In this document: one piece after another, positions 63,340 through 64,000 of the stretch
Numbering within the stretch: the first letter of the stretch is position 1
How the letters are laid out: the number at the start of each line of letters is the position of its first letter
Assembly: GCA_043228905.1 (NCBI GenBank)
Contig: JBHGNT010000005.1
Span: 868,001-932,000 of the forward strand
Length of the DNA stretch: 64,000 nt
Direction: 5' to 3'
DNA from: Azolla caroliniana
Taxonomy: Eukaryota > Plantae > Polypodiophyta
Notes under the pieces: generated by a model
Told to the model about the DNA's origin: nothing
Seen by the model: the letters and a program-made list of their open reading frames with translations, nothing else
Databases searched by the model: none
Made by a program: the position numbers and the translations under genes

Positions 63340-63497
63340 TGTAGAAAGTAGCGTGCAGAAGAAGTATAAAGACAAAACAGAAGGGAGAACACTCAGGTTT
63401 AATGGAGAGCTTGAGCTTACACAGTATACACGGGAGAGACAGAGAGAATGAGAGAGAACTATATTCAACAATAATACTCGATCTGTACATAAGACGT
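63340..63497 (-). mobile_element. Partial LTR related to copia I/C
   Basis: Aligns by eye with 44206-44365 (CAGGTTTAATGGA, ATAATACTC). Confidence 0.75.
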
Positions 63498-64000
63498 TGT
63501 CGCGTCACTACACGCGTGCGTGGAGAAACGAGGCGGGACCACCGGGGTCTTGAACCGAGGAGCAGGTGATAGAAGGGGGAAAGAGAAAGAGAGAGACGCC
63601 CGGTCACGTATGAGCAAAGAAACACAGGGGCGCAGCCCGTCAACACAGAAGACGCGAATGGACACAGAGATAGGGAGACGCAAGTGTTTGTATATTAACG
63701 AATAACAAGTACACAGCAGAGCACGCGAGCGGTTACAACCGAACAGGCCGGCGAACAGATGTCGATGCCTGTTCGTTTGCGCACGAAAAGGGGATAGGAT
63801 GGAGGTGCTGCCGGAAGCACACGGGCGTTCCTCGAAGCAGCGCGAGCCTCCCGAAACCTGCAGAGAAGAGCAACAAAGAACAGACAAAGGAGAAGCGTTC
63901 GGTTCCGGTCCGATAACACTTCGTCCTCCTCAATGCGCGATCCCTTCCCCCTGCGTCTCCCTCTCCTTTATAGCGTCAAGAAGGGAGCCGTCTCCCTCAT
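63498..64000 (-). mobile_element. LTR of gypsy element G (E-like subfamily), continues beyond the window
   Basis: Closely similar to 29837-30340; preceded by ACGT. Confidence 0.92.

Overview
Eukaryotic (land-plant, probably fern-like judging from the PPR remnant) repeat-rich DNA, almost entirely nested LTR retrotransposons. Letters are my own labels. Bases 1-44643 form one stack: Ty1/copia element I hosts Ty3/gypsy H (5' end outside the window), gypsy E and copia J; H hosts gypsy A and B; B hosts copia C; C hosts copia D. A decayed PLS-class PPR gene follows, then an Athila/Tat-like gypsy element K with a large extra ORF, a (TA)n tract, a non-autonomous gypsy derivative F, and a chain of LTR-in-LTR insertions running off the window end. 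No intact host gene or RNA gene was seen. The most notable system is the gypsy family A/B/E/F/G/H. All six visible insertion sites have a CpG at the centre of a 4-bp target. The PBS is complementary to tRNA-Trp. Gag and protease are fused, and Pol is reached by a -1 frameshift at G-GAU-UUU-UAG followed by a pseudoknot with compensatory changes between copies. The family also keeps covarying RNA hairpins in U5 and before the PPT, has a DHG protease active site, lacks a chromodomain, and has a non-autonomous partner encoding Gag plus a long acidic repeat tail. All calls come from reading the sequence by eye; novelty could not be checked against databases.
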